This document shows, one piece after another, positions 25,216 through 38,305 of a stretch of 64,000 nucleotides of DNA. The notes under the pieces are model-generated. The model was given only the letters and a program-made list of their open reading frames with translations. It was not told the origin of the DNA and searched no databases. The translations under genes and the position numbers were made by a program. Numbering within the stretch: position 1 is the stretch's first letter; the number at the start of each line of letters is the position of its first letter. This stretch comes from Octopus sinensis (Eukaryota): NCBI RefSeq assembly GCF_006345805.1, contig NC_043008.1, positions 70,060,001 through 70,124,000 on the forward strand, read 5' to 3'.

Positions 25216-25338
25216 ACACACGCACTTTTATCAAAGCTGCAAAATTACCACAATTGCAACTTTAATAAAAGCAACTTACTCTACCTTTGGTATTCGAGCA
25301 CTATTTTTGCCACCTTATTTTGCACTTATGTCCTCACC

Positions 25339-25384
<46 letters not shown>

Positions 25385-26904
25385 CATATATATATATATC
25401 TGGCTTCTTTTAGTTTCTGTATTCTGTATACTAAATCAAGCCACATTAGGTAATATTTCCCCATGACTACATATGGTTTATTTTTATGGAAGATGGAAAA
25501 TGGACACATCTTGTATGACAATGACACATGTGGCTGTAACACACACACACACACATACATATACACACATATGCACATATCTACAATGGGTTTCTTTCAG
25601 TTTCTTTCTTCCAAATCCACATAAAAAGCACTGAATCCACTCTGCAGAATGGAAGGGCATCCCGCCATAAAAACCCTACCAAAACAGACACAATAACCGG
25701 GCATTGTTTTTCTACCTGTCCGGCTCCTTTCAATTGTTCTACCCATGCCTACATAGAAGATGGATATCAAATAATGATGATATGCTATACATAGTTTACA
25801 TGGGAAAGACTGAAACCAAGTGCTGGATTGACGTTACTACTTGCCATTTCTTTATACTTAAAAGGGTTAGCATCTGGAATTAACACAATCCAGTTGTAAA
25901 TGTGAAGAAAAGATAATATTTTAAATTCCACCCCTTCATCATTTATTTACCCCATCTTACCTTAAAAAATCAACAGCAGTAGCAGCAGAAGACTAGGACC
26001 TGTTTAAAAAACAATTTATATGCAAATGTTTGACTTTGCAGAACAATGTAACAGATAAATGTGAAATAAATATAATGAAAGAAAATGCAAAATCCTCTTT
26101 TAGCATAAGAAAATCACAAAAGAAAGTTATGATATTGTAATATATTCAATTTCATTTGTAAGTAATTACATAAAAATATATTTATACACATTGAATACAA
26201 ACATTGGTGAGGTTGTTTTTGTTGTTGCTTCATACACACACATATGGGACAGACACAGCATTGCTAGTCTAGTTCTTATCAATTTATTTAATAAAGCACA
26301 TTTACATATGGTTTGTAGAAATTCATTAATTTAATAAATGTGACTAGAACTTATAAAACGTAAAACCTAATAAAAATGCAAATGTGGTTGTTGTTTTGTT
26401 GTCTAGTTCCCAGATCAAGCTTGATCAAGCAGACTTTATTAGTAAAACCATTCCAGTTGTGACCATCTCAACTATGAGAGAGTATCTTGGACGGCATTAA
26501 ATGTGTACTTCCTTCTTTTAAAATGCTGAGGGTGTGATTCAAAGGAAATCTGTTTAGTTTCCCTCAAATCACAACCCCACATGGTTGCTTGATCACTTAG
26601 ATGTGCCTTTGTTGAGGAAGTGTATTAATGGGTTAGTGAGAAGTGGGGCATGAAAATTTAAAAATCCCACATGACAAATGTATCTAGATATGAGTGAGAT
26701 TTGAACTCAACACTAGGCTGAGAGAATACTTGTTTAGTTTCTTTCTTTCATCTGTATTGCCACTGTTGATGGTGGTAAGACACCCCACTTATTTTAAATA
26801 ACATAGGGGTATTAAGGTGTTATAAATTTGACACTGTAAATGTTGAACAAGCATGGAAAAGGAATACATCCCTGTATTCTTTTTTCCATTACTCTCTTCC
26901 TGTT

Positions 26905-27250
26905 TATGTGTGAGAACTATTCGTTCCAATTTTAGTATATGTACCGTCGTAGCTAATTATTGAACCATCACTCTGATACCACATACAAGGAAAGTACTTT
27001 TGATCATCATCCTAGAATGTTTCAAACCATTCCTTGAACAAGAAATAGCTAAAGAATAGGCTAACTTTAGAAGTGGATGTGGTACACGTGATCATCTGCA
27101 CAATCCCTTCACAATTCTAAAGAAAAAACAAGAGCACACAACCTTGCAACTTTCGTTTGCTATGTTGACTACAGAAACATGTGGTACATCATGTCTGATT
27201 ATGATATTCCAAAACATCTCATTAGGCTCACAAGCAGTTTTACATTCACC
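26905..27250 (+). pseudogene. RTE-clade LINE reverse transcriptase fragment
   Basis: TITLIPHTRKVLLIIILECFKPFLEQEIAKE*ANFRSGCGTRDH...FVCYVDY, the N-terminal RT motifs. Confidence 0.75.
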
Positions 27251-28341
27251 AAGAATCCTTCACTTGAGTAAATAATGAAAACACATATAAGTTCAAAATT
27301 AGGAAATGAGTACATCAGGGAAGTATTCTTTCTGCATACTTGTTCAGCATCTACATTGAGTGGATTTTGCAAAAAGCAATACAGGTTCACCTCTTGTTGT
27401 TCACCTCTTCAACTATCATTCTTAACAACTATTATTCTTAACAGTCTCTCTACTTCCATCGATGCCTCACTCCCCATCTTTGACACTACACTCACTATAG
27501 TCACCCTAATGTACTTCTGATCGCCATCTCCATCACTGTTCATCATCTTTTCCTCCCCTTTTAACTCTCACTTTTTGATCTATCTACAGATTTAGGATAC
27601 TGTTGCTCTCTACACCTTGCTGCTGCTTGTCTCCTCCTCATTCCTGAGCCATTTACATTTCTCTCACCTTCACCCAACATTCTGATATTTACCGTCAACC
27701 ACGCAGCTATTCTTGTTCATCACTCACTACATCTACCTAAAGCCATCTGTCACTCTCCTCTTGTGCTCTTATGAAATTATACTCTTTTTTCCTTCCATCT
27801 GTTCCACAGTCTCTATTCTCCTTCATATTTATCTACCTTGAAAATATACTCTGGCATCCTGTCACCACCATTTTATCTCCATCCCAGCTATTCTCATCCA
27901 CCCCTTCACAGTGCAAGGTATCCATATATCTCCTTTGTAAAAAAACAGCTGTGCTGGTCCTACCATGCTTTAGTTTTCAACACCTGGCATAAAGCCACTT
28001 TCCCCTTTATCAAATACACTCCTATTCATTTGAAAGTTTGTTTTTTTTCTTTTCCTTTTCTTGATTTTCTTTTCTATATCTTGCAAGTTACTTGGCAATG
28101 CCACTAGTGCTGGTATTATGAAAAGAAAAAAGCTGCCAGTATACACTGTAAAGTGGTTGGTGTTGGGAAGGGCATCTAGCCACCGAAACCATGCCAAAGC
28201 TAACATTAGGGCCGGATGTGGCTCTGCAGCTCATTGGATCTGGCCAACCCATGCCAGCATGGGAAATGGATATTAAATGTTGATGAAGACACTACATAGA
28301 TGGTATAGTGTGTGTATGTGTGTGTGTGTGTGTGTGTGCAT

Positions 28342-28384
<43 letters not shown>

Positions 28385-28698
28385 TGCATACATACACACA
28401 CACTCTCCACTGCATTGACATTATACCCATACATAATATATATATATATATATATATAGTGTACTGTTCTGTGATGATAAGAACAACAAAATGTGTACTC
28501 CGTCTGGTGAGAGATAAGTATTATTTAATAAACACAGTATATGTTTTTATGCTCTACTATTAGTTTCATGTGCTGAGAACATGCCAAACATCATTTTATA
28601 ACATGTCTGGTGTTCTAGCACAAACATCAGTTACTGTCCACACGGCTTAACAAAGCACATAAAACATGTTGTGTTTAATAAACAATACATATATATAC

Positions 28699-28738
<40 letters not shown>

Positions 28739-28740
<2 letters not shown>

Positions 28741-30196
28741 AAGGCAGACAAATCAGAAGTCCCTTCAGGTAGATGGCCCTTCTCAATTTGAAGAAAAGGT
28801 GTACGTAGTAGCTCTGTAAGATGCACGTGGAGTAAGCTTTAGACACATAAAAGGTGTAGCAATACCAGAGGAAGGTTAACAAAGAAAATAGCTTTTGTGT
28901 GTGGTAGATGCTTAGGTACAATGAACACTGAAAATGTACAGAAAATAGACTCCATCAACTGCCATTGGGGTAAGCTAGAAGTAGTAGGTAGCTTCCATTA
29001 TCTAGGTGATCAAGTTAGTAGCAGAGATGGATGCTCCAAGAGCATAGCTGTCAGAATAAGATTAGGCTGGGCAAAGTTTAGAGAGCTCCTGCCTGTGCTG
29101 GCAACAAAGGGCCTCTCTCTCAGAGTGGAAGACAGATTGTATGATGCTTGTGTGCAAACAGCTATGCTACAAGGCAGTGAAACATGGGCTGTGATAACTA
29201 AGGATATGTGTAGGCTTGAAAGAAATGAAACCAGTATGCTTTGCTGGATGTGCAATGTCAGTGTGCATGTTTGACAAAGTGTAAGCATCTTGAAAGGCAT
29301 TGAGGTGTCAGATGTGGTGTGCAAGGGAGACGAATGTACTGGTATGGTCATGTGATGCATATGGATGAGGATAGCCGTGTAAAAGAATGTGCTGATCCCT
29401 AACTGTAGGGGGAAACTGTGGTAGAGGTAGTCCCAGGAAAACATGGGGTGAGGTGGTGAAGCATGATCTCCAAACTTTGGGCCTCACAGAGGTAATGACT
29501 AGTGACTGAAACCTTTGGCGATGTGCTGTGCTTGAGAGGACCTGTAAAGCCAAGTGAAATTGCAGTCATAGCTGATGCTGGTGTCATGTAACTGGCACCT
29601 GTGCAGGTGACATGTAAAAAGCACCTTTTGAGCATTGAGCTTCATGAAGGCAAAGTGGTTGAGTTCCTTTCAAATGTTGGACTTCACAGAGACGATGACT
29701 GAGACCTTTGGCGTTATGTTGTGCTTGTGAAGAAGACCCATCAAGCCAAGCAAAATTGCAGTCATGGCAGATACCATTGTCATGCAAATTGCTCCTGTGC
29801 TGGTGACAGACAAAAGCACCGTTTGAACATTGGGCCTCGTGGAGGCAAGGACTGAGACCATTTGGCATTATGCCAGGTTTCAAGTGTTGGGCCTCACTGA
29901 GACAATGACTGAGTCCATTTGTCACTATGCTGTGCTTGAGAAGAAGAGCCACCAAGCCAAGTAAAACCACAGTCATGGCAGATACTGGTGTCACACAAAT
30001 GGCACCCGTGCCAGTGGCACATAAAAGCACTCATTATACTCTCAGGGTAGTTGGTAATAGAAAGGGCATCCAGCTGTAGAAACCATGCCAAAACAAACTG
30101 GTATCTAGTGCAGCCTTCCATCTTTCCAGCTCTGGTCAAGCCATCCAACCCATGCCAACATGGACAACAGACGTTAAGTGGTGATGATGATGATGA
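28739..30196 (+). mobile_element. RTE-clade LINE 3' fragment with tandemly repeated 3' region (copy 1)
   Basis: ORF 28897-29274: LEVVGSFHYLGD...RIRLGWAKFRELLPVL...LYDACVQTAMLQGSETW, followed by RWYGHV-like and RGSPRKTW motifs. Ends in the family C tail and (GAT)n. Confidence 0.9.
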
Positions 30197-30826
30197 CACC
30201 AACTCTGCTATTACAGATTAAGAGATTTGGAACACTTTTCTCAAGTAGATGGCGATGTTTCATCCTAGTTTATATACATAAATACATATATGTTTACCTG
30301 ACAGAAAAAAAAATAAACATAATATAAAAATAAAACATACTGTTTTATTATAAGCAAAGATATAAATGACATGATTAATGGCTCAAACAATTCATTAATC
30401 ATTGGTAATAATCAGTCACCCTAAAATATTTAACTGATTAAAATATTGCGTTACCTTAATGAAGTATATAACTTGTACATTTGATATCAGTTCCAGCTTC
30501 AATATCGAATATTATTTCTAGGCTTGCTCTAATATAATTTCACAATTAGAATCTCTAGAGAATCCATACAAGTCCAATAACTGAGGATATATTCTAGATC
30601 AAGGCTAGAAATAATTTATTACAGAAAGTTAATTAATTAATTAATTAATATGATCGATGGTGTGTTACATAATTTTCCTCATACACTAATTGTCAAATAT
30701 ACATCACCAGATAAATTATTCTCATTATTCATAGTTTCCTTCTCTCTTTCTCCTCTCTTACTTTCTGCCCTTCACTCTCTCTTTCTTTTCCTATGCACAC
30801 ACACACACACATGCACATGCATTGCA

Positions 30827-30875
<49 letters not shown>

Positions 30876-32332
30876 GGAAGGCAGACAAATCAGAAGTCCT
30901 TCAGGTAGATGGCCCTTCTCAATTTGAAGAAAAGGTGTACGTAGTAGCTCTGTAAGATGCACGTGGAGTAAGCTTTAGACACATAAAAGGTGTAGCAATA
31001 CCAGAGGAAGGTTAACAAAGAAAATAGCTTTTGTGTGTGGTAGATGCTTAGGTACAATGAACACTGAAAATGTACAGAAAATAGACTCCATCAACTGCCA
31101 TTGGGGTAAGCTAGAAGTAGTAGGTAGCTTCCATTATCTAGGTGATCAAGTTAGTAGCAGAGATGGATGCTCCAAGAGCATAGCTGTCAGAATAAGATTA
31201 GGCTGGGCAAAGTTTAGAGAGCTCCTGCCTGTGCTGGCAACAAAGGGCCTCTCTCTCAGAGTGGAAGACAGATTGTATGATGCTTGTGTGCAAACAGCTA
31301 TGCTACAAGGCAGTGAAACATGGGCTGTGATAACTAAGGATATGTGTAGGCTTGAAAGAAATGAAACCAGTATGCTTTGCTGGATGTGCAATGTCAGTGT
31401 GCATGTTTGACAAAGTGTAAGCATCTTGAAAGGCATTGAGGTGTCAGATGTGGTGTGCAAGGGAGACGAATGTACTGGTATGGTCATGTGATGCATATGG
31501 ATGAGGATAGCCGTGTAAAAGAATGTGCTGATCCCTAACTGTAGGGGGAAACTGTGGTAGAGGTAGTCCCAGGAAAACATGGGGTGAGGTGGTGAAGCAT
31601 GATCTCCAAACTTTGGGCCTCACAGAGGTAATGACTAGTGACTGAAACCTTTGGCGATGTGCTGTGCTTGAGAGGACCTGTAAAGCCAAGTGAAATTGCA
31701 GTCATAGCTGATGCTGGTGTCATGTAACTGGCACCTGTGCAGGTGACATGTAAAAAGCACCTTTTGAGCATTGAGCTTCATGAAGGCAAAGTGGTTGAGT
31801 TCCTTTCAAATGTTGGACTTCACAGAGACGATGACTGAGACCTTTGGCGTTATGTTGTGCTTGTGAAGAAGACCCATCAAGCCAAGCAAAATTGCAGTCA
31901 TGGCAGATACCATTGTCATGCAAATTGCTCCTGTGCTGGTGACAGACAAAATCACCGTTTGAACATTGGGCCTCATGGAGGCAAGGACTGAGACCATTTG
32001 GCATTATGCCAGGTTTCAAGTGTTGGGCCTCACTGAGACAATGACTGAGTCCATTTGTCACTATGCTGTGCTTGAGAAGAAGAGCCACCAAGCCAAGTAA
32101 AACCACAGTTATGGCAGATACTGGTGTCACACAAATGGCACCCGTGCCAGTGGCACATAAAAGCACTCATTATACTCTCAGGGTGGTTGGTAATAGAAAG
32201 GGCATCCAGCTGTAGAATCCATGCCAAAACAAACTGGTATCTAGTGCAGCCTTCCATCTTTCCAGCTCTGGTCAAGCCATCCAACCCATGCCAACATGGA
32301 CAACAGACGTTAAGTGGTGATGATGATGATGA
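30876..32332 (+). mobile_element. RTE-clade LINE 3' fragment (copy 2)
   Basis: ORF 31033-31410 gives the same protein as copy 1. Confidence 0.9.
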
Positions 32333-32960
32333 CACCAACTCTGCTATTACAGATTAAGAGATTTGGAACACTTTTCTCAAGTAGATGGCGATGTTTCATC
32401 CTAGTTTATATACATAAATACATATATGTTTACCTGACAGAAAAAAAAATAAACATAATATAAAAATAAAACATACTGTTTTATTATAAGCAAAGATATA
32501 AATGACATGATTAATGGCTCAAACAATTCATTAATCATTGGTAATAATCAGTCACCCTAAAATATTTAACTGATTAAAATATTGCGTTACCTTAATGAAG
32601 TATATAACTTGTACATTTGATATCAGTTCCAGCTTCAATATCGAATATTATTTCTAGGCTTGCTCTAATATAATTTCACAATTAGAATCTCTAGAGAATC
32701 CATACAAGTCCAATAACTGAGGATATATTCTAGATCAAGGCTAGAAATAATTTATTACAGAAAGTTAATTAATTAATTAATTAATATGATCGATGGTGTG
32801 TTACATAATTTTCCTCATACACTAATTGTCAAATATACATCACCAGATAAATTATTCTCATTATTCATAGTTTCCTTCTCTCTTTCTCCTCTCTTACTTT
32901 CTGCCCTTCACTCTCTCTTTCTTTTCCTATGCACACACACACACACATGCACATGCATTG

Positions 32961-33011
<51 letters not shown>

Positions 33012-33114
33012 CATACATACATAGCAAAACTACATTCACCTGTTGTACTCAGAATGATTGTTAAACTATTCTAATTACTAATTGTGTGTGTACACACACA
33101 CACATGTATGTATC

Positions 33115-33600
33115 TAGTCAATGCCATCCATACACAATATTGACAAACAAGAAATGCAGACTGTGCAAAATTAAAAATGTAGGCATCAATCACATCATTG
33201 CTAACTGTCTTCTAGGCATTCCCTACCCCTCAGACAGGATGTGGTGGCCAGAACTGTCTGAAACAGAATAAGAAGAATGAAAATTCCAGCAGAGTATATT
33301 GAAGTCAATGCTGATGGGTCAATAATAGTTGAACTTAAAAATTAAACACAACCACTCAGATATTGTTATTTGGGACCAAATGTATAAGACATACTCTGTT
33401 GTGGAAATCAGCTACCCTCTGGACAGAAATATGGTTAGAAGCGTACAAGAGGACTTCTGTAGACCATTGATAAGGAGCTGTAAATTCATTAATAAAGAGT
33501 TGTAAATTCACCCATGCTATACTTGAAATTTCATTCCAATTTTGTACCAACAGAATATGTACCAACCCACTTGGAGCAAAGTGTGTCTGACCTGAAGTTC
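33115..33600 (+). pseudogene. RLE-type non-LTR retrotransposon C-terminal fragment (R4/NeSL-like)
   Basis: CRLCKIKNVGINHIIANC (CCHC finger), RQDVVA (compare RHD), SDIVIW (compare the PD motif of the restriction-like endonuclease). Confidence 0.6.
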
Positions 33601-35099
33601 TTGGGGAAGGAATGCAACTTGTTAATTTTTATGCTATAATAATTATTATATCTGAGGAAATAGTAATCTGCAAGACCTTCCTAAGACTTAAAGGATGATG
33701 AATTAAGCAAGGTGTTGTCTTTCATGGCCTTGCTAGCAAGTAGATGGCCAGTCAAAATTAACTCAGAATTAAAAAAAAATAAAATAAGTATAAACACACA
33801 CACACATACGCATGCATATGTATGCAAGCTTACACACATTTTCTGTGAAAGAAATTTCATTCACAACACATCAGTCAATCTGACACTATAGTGCTAAGGT
33901 GCCATGCAGTAGGACTGAACTAGGAACCACATCTTTGCAAAGTGAACTTTATAACTATACAGCCACACCTGTATTAAAATAAGGAAATATATTATATTTT
34001 ATTTATATTTATAAAGGTTAGTTGTAGGGAAGGAAGCGAACCTTTCTAAAGAAGAATTATGATAAATATGGAAAGAAGATGGTTGATTGTGGTGACAGTA
34101 GAAGCAGGAGGAAGTGGAATTGGGGGAGTCAAATGAAGATGACACTGAGATAATAAAATGCAGTTGATGTCAGGTGTGCATGTGTGTACGTGTGTGCGTG
34201 TGATTATTAGTGATAAGAGGGCTTGTTAATATGAGTTATTTTAACAATTAAAATCAATGAGAAAATTCAAATCCTTGCTAGTTTATAATTAATAAAATGA
34301 CTTCGCTGATAAGTACCTTATAATTATGTGTACATCTAAGGGGAATATTGATTTTTTTGTGATTATAAAGTCTTTTTACTGACACCCAATAAGGTAAGGT
34401 TTATAGTTTTTATATTTATTATTTTATAAGGCAAATATTGAATTTTATGATTATTAAAATTATTTTACTGACACCTTAATAGTTAAGGCTTATATTTTAA
34501 AGTTATTTTTATAAAAGAGAAAAAATTAGAAGTTAATTCCATGTATGAACCATAAGAATATGTGAATGAGTTTTAAAATCTTAGAAATTCCTATTAATGG
34601 CATTATAAAAGGGCTATTATTATACTATAATTTGTTTTAATATCCTTTAAAAATACATTATATTAAGAAGCTTGTTATGTGGTGGTAGAGTGAACATGTT
34701 AGTTCTTAGGATTATTTTTTTAGTTACTGATAGAATATTTACAAATAACTAAGGTTTAAAGAAAAAAAATCTTATGTATTATTTATAGAAAGTAAGAAAA
34801 ATTTTACCACAAAATCTGTGAGATGTACTGTAAACATGCAATAAAAGCTGAGGTGAAAGAGGTGGTTGAGAGAGACAGTAATCTTGCAAAACAAACATTA
34901 AGATTCCAAACTGTGTCAAAAGAACTTTGAACAACTAATTGAATAACCAACAGAATAATCGATTATCTGATGGATTGGTAACAAAATGAAGTGCATATGT
35001 TTTTATTGGCTGTATGGCCCTCCCAAAATACAACAATATTAATTTCAATACAGTTTTCTATCAAGAATTTTGCAGAATAAATGCAAAAGTTTACAGAAT

Positions 35100-35720
35100 C
35101 ATGAAAATCACCGAGACTTGAAATAATCTTGATTTGTGAGACAGCAAGGCAGCTAATCTTATTGAAGTTAAATGTGCCCTGGGAAGAGAGCATGGAGAGA
35201 GCTGAAGAGAGCTAAGTACCCAAAGTTGGGTTTTGTGGAAGACTGTTGCAAGAATGGGTGAAAAATAAGGAAGGGTTTGCCTGTGGAAGTTAACAGTTTA
35301 GGGCAGTGCTCTGCAACCTTTTTTCACTTGTGGTATACTTATATGCTTTTCAAAATTTGGTGGCACACCTGAACTAAAAACATAACTAAAAGTATAGGGA
35401 TAAAATTATATTCAGGTTACACTGTGGCACATCTAGCATTGTTTCGTAGCACAACAGCATGCCATGGCATACCAATTGCAGAGCACTGATCAATGGTTTG
35501 CAAGTCTTAGTCTGAGTAAGGCCTATAGAACCCTGGGAAAGCATCGAGATAGCTCTGGTTGCAAAAGGTGATTCGTGGAAGGTTAGTAGACTGTTGCTTG
35601 GACACAGACTTGGGGCTTGATCAACCTAAGTCAGTTGCTTGGATAAACATGACTGTTGTAAGAGCCAAAACACCCAGTAATCCCAGGATACAACATTGAT
35701 GATGGCCCAAGTATTGCATC
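35100..35720 (+). pseudogene. RLE-type non-LTR retrotransposon 3' end (HERO/NeSL-like)
   Basis: RLEIILI..RQLILLKLNVPWEESMERAEE..KY..C..NG*..PVEV, then WFASLSLSKAYRTLG after the MITE. Confidence 0.65.
35304..35488. mobile_element. hAT-type MITE
   Basis: Perfect 13 bp TIR CAGTGCTCTGCAA / TTGCAGAGCACTG, subterminal gtggcaca motifs, interrupts the RLE homology. TSD decayed. Confidence 0.8.
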
Positions 35721-36430
35721 TGTAGATGAATGTTGAACTGTAAATCTACAGTGGTGTTTTAGGTATACCGAATATTATGGAATATTGAGCAAACTGACAT
35801 AGCTATACATTTTCTAGCGAGGTGTAAGTGATACTAGGTTATTGTAATCCTCTTAAAGATGAAACAAAGACTAAATTGCTATATTAGCGAGTGAACAGTA
35901 TGATAATGATGTCAAAAATGTAATAGTTTTGGTGAACTAAGATGTCTATATATATATATCTGTGTCAATGGTGAAATTTCTCCCTGAAAGGACCTATGTA
36001 TATACATATAATGTTTTTTTTTTAATCTTATAAGGGGACTGATTATGGATAATATGAGACAAATCACATATATTTCGCTAGCAATGTATGTGAATTAGTA
36101 TAAAATAGAATATATTTTGTCTATCATATTGTAATTCATTTATACATGAATTGTCAATGATTTTCTACTGTTTAGATGGATTATAGTCATAAAATCTGAA
36201 ATACTGCGGTCAGTATATATTATACATATTATCTACCTGTCTGTCTATTAGTGAGTGTATATGTAGTGTATATAAAGATATATATATGTAATGCATATAA
36301 ATCTATGCATATATTGTGGGTACAAATATATGCCTATATATATATGTGTATGTGTTTATATATATATATGTTTTTACATGTATATATATATAAATATATA
36401 TGCATAATTATATGTATGTGTATATATATA

Positions 36431-36661
36431 TTTCTTTACTACCCACAAAGGGCTAAACACAGAGGGGTTAAACAAGGACAGACAAATGGATTGAGTCGAT
36501 TACATTGACTCCAGTGCGTAACTGGTACTTAATTTATCGACCCAGAAAGGATGAAAGGCAAAATCGATCTCGGCGGAATTTGAACACAGAACATAACGGC
36601 AGACGAAATACGGCTACGCATTTCGCCCGGCGTGCTAACATTTCTGCCAGCTCGCCGCCTT
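36431..36661 (-). mobile_element. SINE family B, full length
   Basis: Reverse complement of the 10831-11060 copy, with many CpGs retained. Confidence 0.9.
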
Positions 36662-36747
36662 AAATATAAATATATATGCATATGTATATATATGCATATG
36701 TATATATATGCATATGTATATATATATATGCATATGTATATATATGC

Positions 36748-36781
<34 letters not shown>

Positions 36782-37296
36782 GCAATATATATATGTATAT
36801 ATATATATGTGGATATATATGTATGTATATATATGTATATATAATATATATATATATGAATATATATATATATGTATATATATATGAATGTATATATCTA
36901 TATATATGCATGTATATCTATATGTATGTGTATATATATATATGTGCATATATATATATGTGTATATATATGCATGTATATCTATATGTATGTATATATA
37001 TATATATATATGCATTATATATGTGTGTATATATATATATGCATATATATATGTGTGTATATATATATGCATGTATATCTATATGTATATATATATATAT
37101 ATGCATATATATTTATATGTTTATATACATGCATATATATCTATATGTATGTATATATATATGCATATATATATATATGTATATATATATATGTGTTTAT
37201 ATATATGCATATATATATGTGTGTGTGTATGTTTGTATATATATATATGCATATATATCTATGTATGTGTGTGTGTGTATATATATTATATATATA
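36662..37296. repeat. (TA)n/TATGCA low-complexity block
   Basis: Read directly from the sequence. Confidence 0.95.
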
Positions 37297-37383
37297 AATA
37301 AGGATAATATAGATATTTAAATATCAATATTATCAAGTGGCCAGCATGGGAATAAATACCATACAAAGGTAATAATTTTTTAC

Positions 37384-37458
37384 AACTATAAATAAGGGTA
37401 TCTGAGAGACATGCTATTTCGGCATGGTGGTGTCTCTCAGATATCCTTATTTATAGTT
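37384..37458. repeat. 28 bp inverted repeat, 19 bp spacer
   Basis: aactataaataagggtatctgagagaca / tgtctctcagatatccttatttatagtt (1 mismatch). Confidence 0.9.
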
Positions 37459-38305
37459 ATATGTCTATTTATATATATATATTTATGAATATATAATGAT
37501 AATAATAATAATAATATATATACATATATACATGCATATTTTTGTTGAAGAATTCTGTGTGGTAAGAAGTTATTTATGGTAAGAAAGAATATACACTGAG
37601 ATGCTACTTAAGGAATATTTTGAAGTAACAAGGTGTGTAGTATAAGATATATAGATAAGTAGTGAATTAGTAAAAAAAAATATAATAGATAAACCGTATA
37701 TCATGAGAAATTATATACAATGAGAATAATTCAAAATAACACTTGAAGAATTTTAAGGAATTTTAACGAATTTTGTTGTGTTGGCAACAACCTAGAATCA
37801 AGTGAAAAATAACTGAAGAGATGATGGATGAATTTATATTTGATGAATATTGGTAATCATAAAAGGAAGGCTATTTAAAGATCATTAATTAATATATCTA
37901 CAGGTGTGGGTAAATTTATTCCAAAGCTTAGTACAAAGCCAATAATTTTAGTAGTGGGTGTTTACTTGATTGCATGAATTCTAGAACTTGACTGGCATTT
38001 TCTTATTGACTCGGAAACAATGAATGCAAAATTGACTTTGGCAGTATTTAGATTGAGAATGTAAAGAATTAGAAGAAATGCTGCTAAGCATTTTGTCCAA
38101 CATAGTAACAATTCTGCCAGTTTGCCATCTTTATAGGTAGATTTAGTAAAAAGTTATAGTAGTTGTACTGCACTGCAAAGATTGTATGAACTGTAATCCC
38201 TGATATAGTCTAGTTATGAATATGGGATACATGCTAATTAAATCATGTGATCTTTGACTAATTATATTTGGTAGGTAGGAATAGTTTACAGTCATTTCCA
38301 ATATA

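Larger units (their letters stand above)
28739..33004. repeat. Near-identical tandem duplication, unit ~2136 bp
   Basis: 28739-30875 versus 30876-33004. By eye about 5 substitutions and one 1-bp indel outside the (TA)n tracts that bound both units. Confidence 0.97.

Noticed and set aside
27340-28030. Possible additional Penelope C-terminal relic in a C/T-rich tract
   Set aside because: Only faint motif resemblance, and no frame could be followed.
34240-34760. Possible mitochondrial insertion in a very AT-rich tract with an ~88 bp direct repeat
   Set aside because: No recognisable mitochondrial gene, rRNA or tRNA motif. Would need a BLAST search.
35640-35720. Ribozyme-like motif in the RLE element 3' UTR
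   Set aside because: Too degenerate (ccaaaac, attgatga) to build stems.
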